64,000 bases of DNA from an uncultured Phycisphaerales bacterium. GTDB lineage: Bacteria; Planctomycetota; Phycisphaerae; Sedimentisphaerales; Anaerobacaceae. Below are positions 49,828-58,878 of the stretch, piece after piece. The position numbers and the translations under genes are program-made. The notes under the pieces were generated by a model, which did not search any database, was not told the origin of the DNA, and saw only the letters and a program-made list of their open reading frames with translations. The number at the start of each line of letters is the position of its first letter. The first letter of the stretch is position 1. The stretch covers positions 1,088,001 through 1,152,000 of the forward strand of contig CAVYYI010000001.1 in the NCBI GenBank assembly GCA_963772725.1, given 5' to 3'.

Positions 49828-49890
49828 GTGTTAATCTGTGTAAATCCGTGTTAATCCGTGTCTAAAAAGACTGTGTTAATCTGTGTAAAA
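49828..49890. repeat. 10-bp tandem array, right (inverted) arm of the GxxExxY cassette
   Basis: GTGTTAATCT-GTGTAAATCC-GTGTTAATCC-GTGTCTAAAAA; 49848-49868 is the exact reverse complement of 48332-48352. Confidence 0.85.
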
Positions 49891-49897
49891 AAAAATT

Positions 49898-50632
49898 ATG
49901 AAAACTCTATATAAACGAACGCCATTTTTTAAGGATTGCCCGACGCATTACTGTCCCGGCTGCGGGCACGGCATTGCCCATCGCATGATTGCCGAAACCA
50001 TCGACGAACTGGGAATCCGCGATAAAACCATCGGAATCGCCCCAGTCGGATGCGCAGTACTGGCGTACAATTATCTCGATGTCGATATGATTGAAGTCGC
50101 CCACGGCAGAGCGCCCGCGGTTGCCACCGGAATGAAGAGGACCAACCCTGACAAGATAATCTTTTCATATCAGGGCGACGGCGACCTTGCCGCTATCGGG
50201 ACCGCTGAGATTATTCACGCCGCACAAAGGGCAGAACAGATAACGGTAATATTTATAAATAACGCGACATTTGGAATGACCGGCGGCCAAATGGCGCCAA
50301 CGACGCTTCTCGGACAGGTTACAACTACAACGCCTTTCGGCAGACAGGCTGATATTCAGGGCTATCCATTACGAGTCTCTGAGCTTCTCGCTCTTATACA
50401 GGGAACTGTTTATATCGAACGGTGTTCACTGCATAATGTCGCGAACATTAAAAAAACCAAATCCGCCGTTAAGCACGCCTTCGAACTTCAGGTAAATGGG
50501 GCTAAAGGCCTGTCGATGGTGGAAATACTTTCGCCCTGCCCGACAAACTGGCGAATGTCGCCTGCGAAAGCGGTCGAATGGATTGAAAAAGAAATGACAA
50601 AAACCTTTCCGCTTGGACGACTGAAAGGATAA
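49898..50632 (+). CDS. 2-oxoacid:ferredoxin oxidoreductase beta (TPP-binding) subunit
   Basis: YCPGCGHG, GDGD...NN TPP motif, GMTGGQ, LSPCPTNW. Confidence 0.92.
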   Translation: MKTLYKRTPFFKDCPTHYCPGCGHGIAHRMIAETIDELGIRDKTIGIAPVGCAVLAYNYLDVDMIEVAHGRAPAVATGMKRTNPDKIIFSYQGDGDLAAIGTAEIIHAAQRAEQITVIFINNATFGMTGGQMAPTTLLGQVTTTTPFGRQADIQGYPLRVSELLALIQGTVYIERCSLHNVANIKKTKSAVKHAFELQVNGAKGLSMVEILSPCPTNWRMSPAKAVEWIEKEMTKTFPLGRLKG

Positions 50633-50634
50633 CT

Positions 50635-51204
50635 ATGCAGAACAGTCTTTATGAAGAAGTGATTATCGCGGGCTTCGGAGGCCAGGGAATCATATTAATC
50701 AGCAAACTGCTCGCGCAGGCCGCTATGAGGACAGGCAAAGAGGTAACTTATATGCCATCTTACGGCGCGGAGGTTCGCGGCGGCACAGCCAACTGTATGG
50801 TTGTTATCGCCAACAGCCCTATCGCCTCACCGGTCTTCAGCAGATGCGATTCGCTTATCGCAATGAATAAGGCTTCATTTAACAAATTCGCTCCGCAGGT
50901 CAAAAAAGGCGGCCTGCTGATAGTCAACACGTCTCTGATTGAACCTGAAATGGTAAAAAGTCTATCCGGCAACGCCGAATTATCGCTGCTGCCCGCCGAT
51001 GATTTAGCTATTGAGTTAGGCAGTCCCAAAAGCGCAAATATGGTGGCTCTGGGCGCTTACCTGCAAAAACGAGGGTTTCTAACCCCTGACGAAGTCGCCG
51101 AATGCCTGCCTGATGTTCTCGCGAAACGGCTTCACAATACACTCGCTATAAATGCCAAGGCATTACATTGCGGTGCGGAATTTGTCAGGACTCATAATTC
51201 ATAG
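50635..51204 (+). CDS. 2-oxoacid:ferredoxin oxidoreductase gamma subunit
   Basis: AGFGGQG, PSYGAEVRGG and ANMVALGA motifs. Confidence 0.92.
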   Translation: MQNSLYEEVIIAGFGGQGIILISKLLAQAAMRTGKEVTYMPSYGAEVRGGTANCMVVIANSPIASPVFSRCDSLIAMNKASFNKFAPQVKKGGLLIVNTSLIEPEMVKSLSGNAELSLLPADDLAIELGSPKSANMVALGAYLQKRGFLTPDEVAECLPDVLAKRLHNTLAINAKALHCGAEFVRTHNS

Positions 51205-51272
51205 CTTGCTCTGACCGCACAAATATATTACAATACTTCGTGAAAACTTACTTTAAACAGGAAACATAGATA

Positions 51273-52538
51273 ATGGCAAAACAAGGTAACAGAAAAAAGG
51301 CTTTTTGCAGTTTTTGCGGACGCCCCAGCGACCAGAACGGCACTTTCATAGAAGGCCCGGACAATATTTTTATATGCCCCGACTGCGTTGAGCTTTGCCA
51401 CAATATCGTTCTTCAAAGCCAGAAGCAGTCCGCCAGGCCCGCCAAAAGCATCACCGAAATTCCCAAACCCCGCGAAATAAAGGAATATCTCGACCAGTAT
51501 GTAATCGGTCAGGACCACGCGAAAAAATATCTCTCTGTTGCCGTCCACAATCACTATAAACGCCTGCTCCACACTGATACCGAAGGCGGCGACGTGGAAA
51601 TAGACAAATCGAACGTTCTTTTAATAGGCCCGACCGGTTCAGGCAAAACGCTGCTTGCCCACACACTGGCAAATATGCTTAAAGTGCCTTTCGCGATCTG
51701 CGACGCGACAACCGTTACCGAGGCGGGCTATGTCGGCGAAGACGTTGAAAACTTTCTGCTTCGTCTTTTGCAGAATGCGGATTTCGATATCGAAGCCGCT
51801 CAAAGAGGAATCGTTTACATTGATGAAATCGACAAAATCGGCAAAACCTCCCAGAATGTTTCCATCACGCGCGATGTCTCCGGTGAGGGCGTCCAGCAGG
51901 CTCTTCTGAAAATGCTCGAAGGAACCACCGCCAATGTTCCGCCCCAGGGCGGGCGAAAACATCCGGAGCAATCTTATATCCAGATTGACACCACGCATAT
52001 CCTTTTTATATGCGGCGGAACATTTGTCGGACTCGAAAACATCATCAAAAAACGTCTCGGCAAAAAAATGATTGGCTTCGGCTCCGAATTGTCGCATCAG
52101 ACCGATGAGAAAGCCGATTACAGCGATATCATTCAGCAGGTCGTTCCGGAAGACATAATCGAATTCGGAATGATTCCCGAAATGGTCGGCCGGCTGCCTG
52201 TTACTGCTACGCTTACCGCTCTCGATGAAAAAGCCCTTATGGATATCCTTACAAAACCCAAAAACGCCCTTATCAGGCAGTATCAGAAATTCTTCGAAAT
52301 GGAAAACGCACAACTTGAATTTACTAATGATGCCCTGCATGCCCTTGCGGAAAAATCCATTAAACGCGACACAGGCGCAAGAGCTTTGCGTGCCATCGCC
52401 GAGGAGTTAATGGTTGATTTGATGTACCAGCTTCCCGAAGACCCCAAGCCCGCCAAATACGTTATCACAAGGGACATCGTCGAAGGCAAAGCCGCCCTGT
52501 TCTCCGCAAGACAGATTCTTAGAAAAGAATCCGCGTAA
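51273..52538 (+). CDS. clpX: ATP-dependent Clp protease ATP-binding subunit
   Basis: Zn finger CSFCG...[30 protein letters not shown] and IGF loop. Confidence 0.97.
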   Translation: MAKQGNRKKAFCSFCGRPSDQNGTFIEGPDNIFICPDCVELCHNIVLQSQKQSARPAKSITEIPKPREIKEYLDQYVIGQDHAKKYLSVAVHNHYKRLLHTDTEGGDVEIDKSNVLLIGPTGSGKTLLAHTLANMLKVPFAICDATTVTEAGYVGEDVENFLLRLLQNADFDIEAAQRGIVYIDEIDKIGKTSQNVSITRDVSGEGVQQALLKMLEGTTANVPPQGGRKHPEQSYIQIDTTHILFICGGTFVGLENIIKKRLGKKMIGFGSELSHQTDEKADYSDIIQQVVPEDIIEFGMIPEMVGRLPVTATLTALDEKALMDILTKPKNALIRQYQKFFEMENAQLEFTNDALHALAEKSIKRDTGARALRAIAEELMVDLMYQLPEDPKPAKYVITRDIVEGKAALFSARQILRKESA

Positions 52539-52691
52539 CGCAGATAAAAATAACGGATTACACATTTTCCCTCGATATTTGAATTTACCTCTTTATCCCC
52601 GCGGCAAATATATTATAATACATCCGAAAAATGCCCCTGCTATTGTTGGGGTCGCAATCCTGTCAATATATAAAATGAAAAAAGGTGCACT

Positions 52692-53813
52692 ATGAAAAAC
52701 AGTCACAATTTAGCAGGTTTTTCATTAACTATTTTATTAAGCGTTTTGTTGTGCTTTTCACATCTTACTCTTGCGGAACAAACAAATGAAAAAAAGTTGC
52801 AAAATCGTCAATCTCGCAATTCTGAACGCAAGCTGAACTCTTCAGACTCTGCCATCAACAAAGAGGCCGTAAAAAAATTGCGTCAAGTAATCAATGAAAA
52901 ATATTCTTATCGCGACCTGCGAAATGTTGACTGGCGTAAATTATTTGAAACTTACACTCCCCGCTTGGAACAAGCTAAGACTCCGCATGAATTTGCCGAA
53001 TTGGCCGCGAAAATGCTGGCTAACGCCAAAGATATGCATCTTTGGGTCAAAATCGATAACGAGACCATAGGTGGCTTTAGACGCAATATACAACGCAATT
53101 ACAATATTGATTTACTCAAAAAACAAGTTCCCAACTTCAAAGATTTGTCTCAATATGTAAGTATGGGCCGCTACCCCGACAATATCGGCTATATCCTGAT
53201 AGAAAGCTGGGAAAACAATGAAGCTGAAGTACTTGAGCCGGCACTTAAAGCTCTCAAGGATTTAACGGAAACCAAGGCTTTAATAATTGATGTAAGACCC
53301 AACGGCGGCGGCGCAGAACCTTTAGCACAAAAATTTGCCGGATGTTTTATAAATCAGCCGGCTGTTTACTCAAAAAATATATATCGTAATATAAATGAGC
53401 CAAACGGCTGGACAAAAGTTTTTGAAAGAAAAATCAAGCCCAATCCGGACCAGCCTGCTTATAAGGGCAAGATTGTCGTTCTTATGGGTCAGGCTAATAT
53501 TAGCAGTTGCGAATCCTTTCTCTTGATGATGAAGCAGGTATCGAACTGCAAACTGATAGGCGAAAAATCTGGCGGCTCATCAGGAAACCCAAAACCTTAT
53601 GACCTTGGTAATGGAGTCACAGTCTGGCTCCCCTCATGGAAAGACCTCCGGCCTGATGGCACCTGTTTAGAAAGCCAGGGTATTAAACCTGACATAAATA
53701 TCGTGACAAATCAAAAACTGCTGAAAGAAAAAGATACTGTTCTCGATGCTGCCCTTAAATATTGCGGCTCAAACCATAATTCCTCAAGAAAATTAACAGG
53801 GAGTCTAAAATGA
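52692..53813 (+). CDS. Secreted S41-family peptidase
   Basis: Signal peptide; IIDVRPNGGG, SSCESF, IGEKSGG and GIKPDI motifs. Confidence 0.85.
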   Translation: MKNSHNLAGFSLTILLSVLLCFSHLTLAEQTNEKKLQNRQSRNSERKLNSSDSAINKEAVKKLRQVINEKYSYRDLRNVDWRKLFETYTPRLEQAKTPHEFAELAAKMLANAKDMHLWVKIDNETIGGFRRNIQRNYNIDLLKKQVPNFKDLSQYVSMGRYPDNIGYILIESWENNEAEVLEPALKALKDLTETKALIIDVRPNGGGAEPLAQKFAGCFINQPAVYSKNIYRNINEPNGWTKVFERKIKPNPDQPAYKGKIVVLMGQANISSCESFLLMMKQVSNCKLIGEKSGGSSGNPKPYDLGNGVTVWLPSWKDLRPDGTCLESQGIKPDINIVTNQKLLKEKDTVLDAALKYCGSNHNSSRKLTGSLK

Positions 53814-54286
53814 AACAGAAAAAATCTTGGCGGGAAAAACTGAACGAAAATAAAGGCCTGCCGAAAATTGAAAGATTCAACAAGAGCAAGGGCAAAAACT
53901 GGCCCGCCGGAACTTACATAATACCTTCTCCTCTCGAAGTTGATGAAATCATGCGAAAAGTTCCTAAAGGAAAACTAATAACAATAAACGAGATAAGACA
54001 GCTTTTGGCGAAAAAACACAAAGCCGATTTCGGCTGCCCGATTACCACCGGAATATTTTCATGGCTCGCCGCACACGCCGCTGAAGAGGACGCCGCACAA
54101 GGCAAAAAGAACATAACCCCCTACTGGCGAACCCTAAAAACCGGCGGCCTCTTAAACGAAAAATATCCCGGCGGCATCGAAAACCTGAAAAACAAACTCC
54201 AGTCCGAAGGCCACAAAGTAATCCAAAAAGGCAAAAGCAAACACTTTACCGTTGAAAATTTTGAAAAGTCTCTGGCCGATATATAG
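53810..54286 (+). CDS. MGMT/alkyltransferase-like DNA-binding protein
   Basis: VPKGKLIT...CPITTG...TPYWR (no PCHR Cys)...LQSEGH. Confidence 0.75.
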   Translation: MKQKKSWREKLNENKGLPKIERFNKSKGKNWPAGTYIIPSPLEVDEIMRKVPKGKLITINEIRQLLAKKHKADFGCPITTGIFSWLAAHAAEEDAAQGKKNITPYWRTLKTGGLLNEKYPGGIENLKNKLQSEGHKVIQKGKSKHFTVENFEKSLADI

Positions 54287-54320
54287 TTAGCCGCCCGATT
54301 TATCGGGGATTGTTTCCAGC

Positions 54321-54372
54321 TTGTTTTGAATTTTGTTATTTTAATTTGCTTCGTGCTTCGAGATTAGTGCTT
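54321..54372. repeat. Degenerate 7-mer array related to 33965-34020
   Basis: TTTGAATTTTGTTATTTTAATTTGCTTCGTGCTTCGAGATTAGTGCTT versus TTTGAATTTTGGTTATTCGAGATTGTTTCGGATTTCGTTATTCGGATTT. Confidence 0.55.
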
Positions 54373-54786
54373 ATCATTTGATTGATGTTTCTGGTCAAGA
54401 AAAGCCTGCAGAATTTCCGCCGCTGCGATGGCATCAAGACGCCGCTTTTTCTTCTTCCTCGTAAATTCCGCAACAGCTATTTTTTCCTCCGCCGCGAAAC
54501 TGCTCAGCCGCTCATCCTGAAAATGAATCGGTATCTCAATAACCTTTTTCAACTCATCTGCAAATCGCATCACCAGTTTAGCCTGCGGACCCTGAGAATC
54601 GTCCATATTCAAAGGCAGCCCCAAAACAACAGCATCGATATTCTCATTTTTAATAAGCTCGATAATCTTTTTGAGCAATTCCCCTCGTCCCTCAATTACC
54701 ACCAGAGGAGACGCAATAGTCTCGTTCCGGTCGCAGACAGCCAACCCGGTACGCTTATCGCCATAATCTATCGCCAGATATCGCAT
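54364..54786 (-). CDS. ruvX: Holliday junction resolvase-like / pre-16S rRNA nuclease YqgF
   Basis: LAIDYGDKRTGLA, VLGLP, QDERLSS and DAIAAAEILQ motifs. Confidence 0.95.
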   Translation of the reverse strand: MRYLAIDYGDKRTGLAVCDRNETIASPLVVIEGRGELLKKIIELIKNENIDAVVLGLPLNMDDSQGPQAKLVMRFADELKKVIEIPIHFQDERLSSFAAEEKIAVAEFTRKKKKRRLDAIAAAEILQAFLDQKHQSNDKH

Positions 54787-54973
54787 ATTTCCGTTTTTAC
54801 CTTAAACTATCAGATATTAGCCGCTAAAAGCCATTTGTCCAGAAAAAACAAGCCTTTTGACTAATCCTTCCCCTATATGAACATACCCCCTTTTAATCCG
54901 TATAAGTTAAGTTATTAAAAGAAGTTATATATAAAACTATTTTCAATTGTATCAGTTGTAATGATTTTGCATT

Positions 54974-55351
54974 ATGCGAGAACCGATTATGGAAATTGAT
55001 GATGAACTTGACGCCGCCAATGAAGAACAGGAATCGCTTTCAGGCTTCCACTACAAAAATGGCTTCACACTTTCCTGCACCGACCTTGGAAACGCAGGCA
55101 TAAAAATCGAACTAATCCATAGCGGCAGGGAAAGCAACGCAATTATTTTGCCGCCCGGAAAAACCGAGGAATACGGCAAATGGCTTTTAAATACCATCGG
55201 ACAAAGAAATCTTGACCTCCCTACAGAATTGCCTAAAATTCTGGAAAAATTCGTTAAGGTGAAAAAATTGAGCCGTATGCTCGACCGCGATGATAAAAAG
55301 CAGATTAAGGATGCGCTCAGTTTTTTAAAAATCTCACGGTCGAGAAATTAA
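54974..55351 (+). CDS. Hypothetical protein
   Basis: 125-aa ORF filling the intergenic gap. Confidence 0.65.
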   Translation: MREPIMEIDDELDAANEEQESLSGFHYKNGFTLSCTDLGNAGIKIELIHSGRESNAIILPPGKTEEYGKWLLNTIGQRNLDLPTELPKILEKFVKVKKLSRMLDRDDKKQIKDALSFLKISRSRN

Positions 55352-55384
55352 ATGTCCGCGGTTATTTATTACGTATAAAACAAA

Positions 55385-55978
55385 ATGTCCGATTTCGACA
55401 ATCGCAAATTTAAGGAATACTGGAGCAACACCGAGATAATCAGGGAATACGGTCGAATTCTCTACACATTCAGCGACACAACTTTGCCTTACGTATTCGC
55501 CGCCGAACATGGTAACTACAAAAACCGCACAATCGTGAAAAGAGGCCTCGTCCTCGTTCGCAAGCCCCAGATAATATTACCCAGACACTACAGCGGCCCG
55601 GAGTTTAAGGAAGGTTTTGAGCATGCCTCAGCAATTCCCCCCGAAGTTATCTGCCTGTTCAGAGCTATGGGCATACCCTACTCACATATATCGAATAAGA
55701 CTCTTACCAACGAGATAATCGAATACGGCAGCCTCCAGGATGTGCTGAACAAATTAAACAGGGAACTGGATGAGCAGGAGAACTCAGAGACCGCGCTCGT
55801 TAAAGGTATATTTGACGGAGCGGATATTTCTCTTATGAGATATACCATAAGCCTGATAATCAAATCCGCACCAGAAAACGTAAATGAGTTTTTCGAGCAC
55901 CTCAGACGCCAAAGAGGAGAGCCGATAAGACCCGACGAACAGATTACTGACGACGACATAAAAAAACTCTTCGGCTAA
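55385..55978 (+). CDS. Hypothetical protein
   Basis: 197-aa ORF with globular composition, co-oriented with neighbours. Confidence 0.75.
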   Translation: MSDFDNRKFKEYWSNTEIIREYGRILYTFSDTTLPYVFAAEHGNYKNRTIVKRGLVLVRKPQIILPRHYSGPEFKEGFEHASAIPPEVICLFRAMGIPYSHISNKTLTNEIIEYGSLQDVLNKLNRELDEQENSETALVKGIFDGADISLMRYTISLIIKSAPENVNEFFEHLRRQRGEPIRPDEQITDDDIKKLFG

Positions 55979-56100
55979 CCTGCCATTTCCCCTAAAATGT
56001 TCTCCGCATTCAGACTTTTCACACAAAAAGTCTTGCTAAATATCTCGTCTCTGGTAAACTTACGCCACGAATAATAACAAAATTTTAAAAAGGAACGGTT

Positions 56101-57741
56101 ATGAGCGAATATTCAATAAGTCCCGCAGGAGAAAAATTCCCATTGCCAAGCAAAGCAGACTACTCCGCAGAATTCAAACGCATCGAGACTTTGGTCAAAT
56201 CTGCCAGAGAACAAGGCAAAGAAATCGTCGTCGTAATGGGCGTCGGTTTCGTCGGCGCGGTTATGGCCGCCATCATTGCGGACACTGTTGATAAAAAGAC
56301 CGGCAAGCCCAGCAAATTCGTCATCGGCTGCCAGCGACCAAGCGAACGAAGCTACTGGAAAATTCCACTGCTCAATCGAGGCGAATCGCCCGTAAAAGCC
56401 GAAGACCCAGAAGTTGACCCAATGATTATCCGCTGCGTCCTCGAAAAGAAAACCCTCATCGCGACATATAACAGCGATTGCCTCTAACTTGCCGATTGCG
56501 TCGTCGTCGACGTCCAGTGCGATTACAGCAAAGCGAACTTGGCAATATGCGTACCGGCACCGCCGAAATGAAGGCCCTCGAAGCCACAATGAAAACTATC
56601 GGCGACAAAGTCCAGCCAAACTGCCTGACACTCATCGAAACAACCGTTGCCCCCGGCACAACCGAATACATCGCCTGGCCGATTATGAAAAAGGCATTCG
56701 CCGCACGAGGCATAAAATCCGAACCGCTGCTCGCCCACAGTTTCGAGCGCGTTATGCCCGGCAAAAATTATGTCTCCTCCATTCGCGATTTCTGGCGCGT
56801 CTGTTCAGGCTGCAACGACGAGGCCAAGAAATCGCGTCGAAAAATTCCTGCGCGAAGTCCTCAACACCGAAAAATTCCCGCTCACGGTTATGGACCGCCC
56901 CATCGAATCCGAAACAACCAAAATCGTCGAAAACTCCTACCGCGCGACAATTTTGGCCTTTCTCGATGAATGGAGCATCTTCGCCGAACGCAACGGCGTT
57001 GACCTCATTAAAGTCATCAACGCCATAAAAATGCGTCCGACGCACAACAATATGATATTCCCCGGCCCCGGCGTCGGCGGCTACTGCCTCCCCAAAGACG
57101 GCGGCCTCGGCTACTGGGCATACAAACACATTCTCGGCTTCAACGATGACATATTCAAGATTACGCCGATGGCCATCGACATCAACGACACTCGCGGCCT
57201 CCACGCCGCCACACTCACAAGAGATGCCCTCCGCAATATGGGCAAACAGCTCGCCGGCGCCCCCATCCTTCTCTGCGGCGCAAGTTACCGTCAGGACGTC
57301 GCAGATACCCGTTACAGCGGCTCGGAAATTGTCGTCCGCAAACTTACGGAGATGGGCGCCGACATGAAAGTCCACGACCCCTATCTCGAGCATTGGTTCG
57401 AAATTGAAAATCAGGACACCTATCCCGCACCCGGCCACTCTTGGGCAAGGTTCTTCCATAATCAGGAAGGCCTCGTCAATCTGCGCGTCCAGCATGATTT
57501 GGCCTCCTCCCTTAAAGGCGCTCAAGCTGTCATTCTCGCCGTCCCGCACGCGCCGTATCTGAATCTTGACCCCGATAAGATTGTCGAATGGGCAGGCGCC
57601 CCGCTGGCTGTTATCGACTGTTTCGGAATCCTCGACGATGACAAAATCCGGCGCTATTTCGAGCTCGGCTGCGAAGTCAAAGCTCTCGGCAGAGGCCATA
57701 TCCAGCGTATCAAGGACTCCGTCCGAAAATCCGCCAAATAA
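56101..57741 (+). pseudogene. UDP-glucose/GDP-mannose dehydrogenase family gene with one in-frame TAA and two frameshifts (pseudogene or assembly error)
   Basis: GVGFVG; TAA 56485-87 followed in frame by LADCVVVDVQCDY; shifts near 56533 and 56826; ETTVAPGTT, ETTKIVENSYR, PGVGGYCLPKD and DTRYS motifs. Confidence 0.8.
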
Positions 57742-57761
57742 CCAAAATCAGCCTCTGTCAA

Positions 57762-57790
57762 TTGACATATCTTTTATGAGCAATTACAAT
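57762..57790 (+). promoter_or_regulatory. Sigma70-type promoter of surE
   Basis: TTGACA-N17-TACAAT, 20 nt upstream of the ATG. Confidence 0.7.
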
Positions 57791-57810
57791 CAGCTTATAG
57801 AAATATTTAT

Positions 57811-58554
57811 ATGCGAATATTATTAACAAATGACGATGGAATTTTTGCGCCAGGGCTTGCGGCGATATACAAAGAACTCACCTCTATTGGCGAGGTTATG
57901 GTTGTCGCCCCCGCCGACAGTCAATCCGGCACAAGTCACAGTATTACGTTTAATGGGCCCTTGATTTGTAATAAAGTTGAGATTCAAGGCCTGTTCACCG
58001 GCTTTAGCGTCCAGGGTTCACCGGCTGACTGCGTCAAACTTGCCGTTATGCAGCTATGCGATAAACCCGTTGACCTGGTGGTTTCCGGAATTAACGGCGG
58101 CGCCAACGCTGGCATTAACGTCTATTATTCAGGCACCGTTGCCGCAGCTATGGAAGCCGCTTTTCTAAGAATCCCCTCTGTCGCTATGAGCTTGGCACGT
58201 GAAGAAAATATGGATTTCGAACGCGCAGCCAAACACTGTTTAAAGGTACTCAAAAAACTGCTGCCACTTAATATCGGCGATGTAATAAACATCAATATAC
58301 CGCCGCTGTCCAAGGGCGAGCCTAAAGGCATAAGAGTTACCCCTCAGTCCACCGGCGGCTTTCACGAACATTATATCCGCCAGCAAAATGAGCAGGGCCA
58401 GATCGTTTTCCAGCTCGCGCTGGGGCCACACAGAGACCAGGACTCCCCTGCCGATACCGCTTCATTGGTGGATGGCTTTATAACTATAACAGCACTTGCT
58501 TCCGATATGACAAACCACAAAAGAACAAATGAACTTGCCCTGAAAAAGTGGTAA
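57811..58554 (+). CDS. surE: 5'/3'-nucleotidase SurE
   Basis: ILLTNDDG, GSPADCV, SGINGGAN and YSGTVAAAME motifs. Confidence 0.96.
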   Translation: MRILLTNDDGIFAPGLAAIYKELTSIGEVMVVAPADSQSGTSHSITFNGPLICNKVEIQGLFTGFSVQGSPADCVKLAVMQLCDKPVDLVVSGINGGANAGINVYYSGTVAAAMEAAFLRIPSVAMSLAREENMDFERAAKHCLKVLKKLLPLNIGDVININIPPLSKGEPKGIRVTPQSTGGFHEHYIRQQNEQGQIVFQLALGPHRDQDSPADTASLVDGFITITALASDMTNHKRTNELALKKW

Positions 58555-58585
58555 AGCTTTTCAGGCAGCTTACAGGAGAACTATT

Positions 58586-58876
58586 ATGGCTAAGAAAAAA
58601 GAATCACAAATCTGCATAGTAACGGTTACCGGTGTTGACAGGGTCGGTATCATCGCCAGACTATCAGCCGCTATGGCCAAGGCGAATATAAACATCATCG
58701 ACGTCAATCAGAAAATTATGGAAGATTACTTTGTAATGACAATGGCTGCCGATATAACAAACGCCACCATAGATATGGCAAAAATAAAGAAACGCCTCGA
58801 CAAAATCGGCAAAGAAATGTCCCTCAATATAACAATCCAGAACGAAAATATATTTAAGGCAATGCACAGGGTCTGA
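58586..58876 (+). CDS. ACT-domain protein (UPF0237)
   Basis: VTVTGVDRVGII...NIIDVNQ...IFKAMHRV. Confidence 0.9.
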   Translation: MAKKKESQICIVTVTGVDRVGIIARLSAAMAKANINIIDVNQKIMEDYFVMTMAADITNATIDMAKIKKRLDKIGKEMSLNITIQNENIFKAMHRV

Positions 58877-58878
58877 TT

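Noticed and set aside
18917..49890. Repeat arrays as CRISPR
   Set aside because: Units are 7-10 bp, directly abutting, with no unique spacers and no cas genes in the window
56485..56487. In-frame TAA as stop-codon reassignment
   Set aside because: TAA terminates many ordinary genes here (prfA, deoC, clpX), and the same gene also has frameshifts
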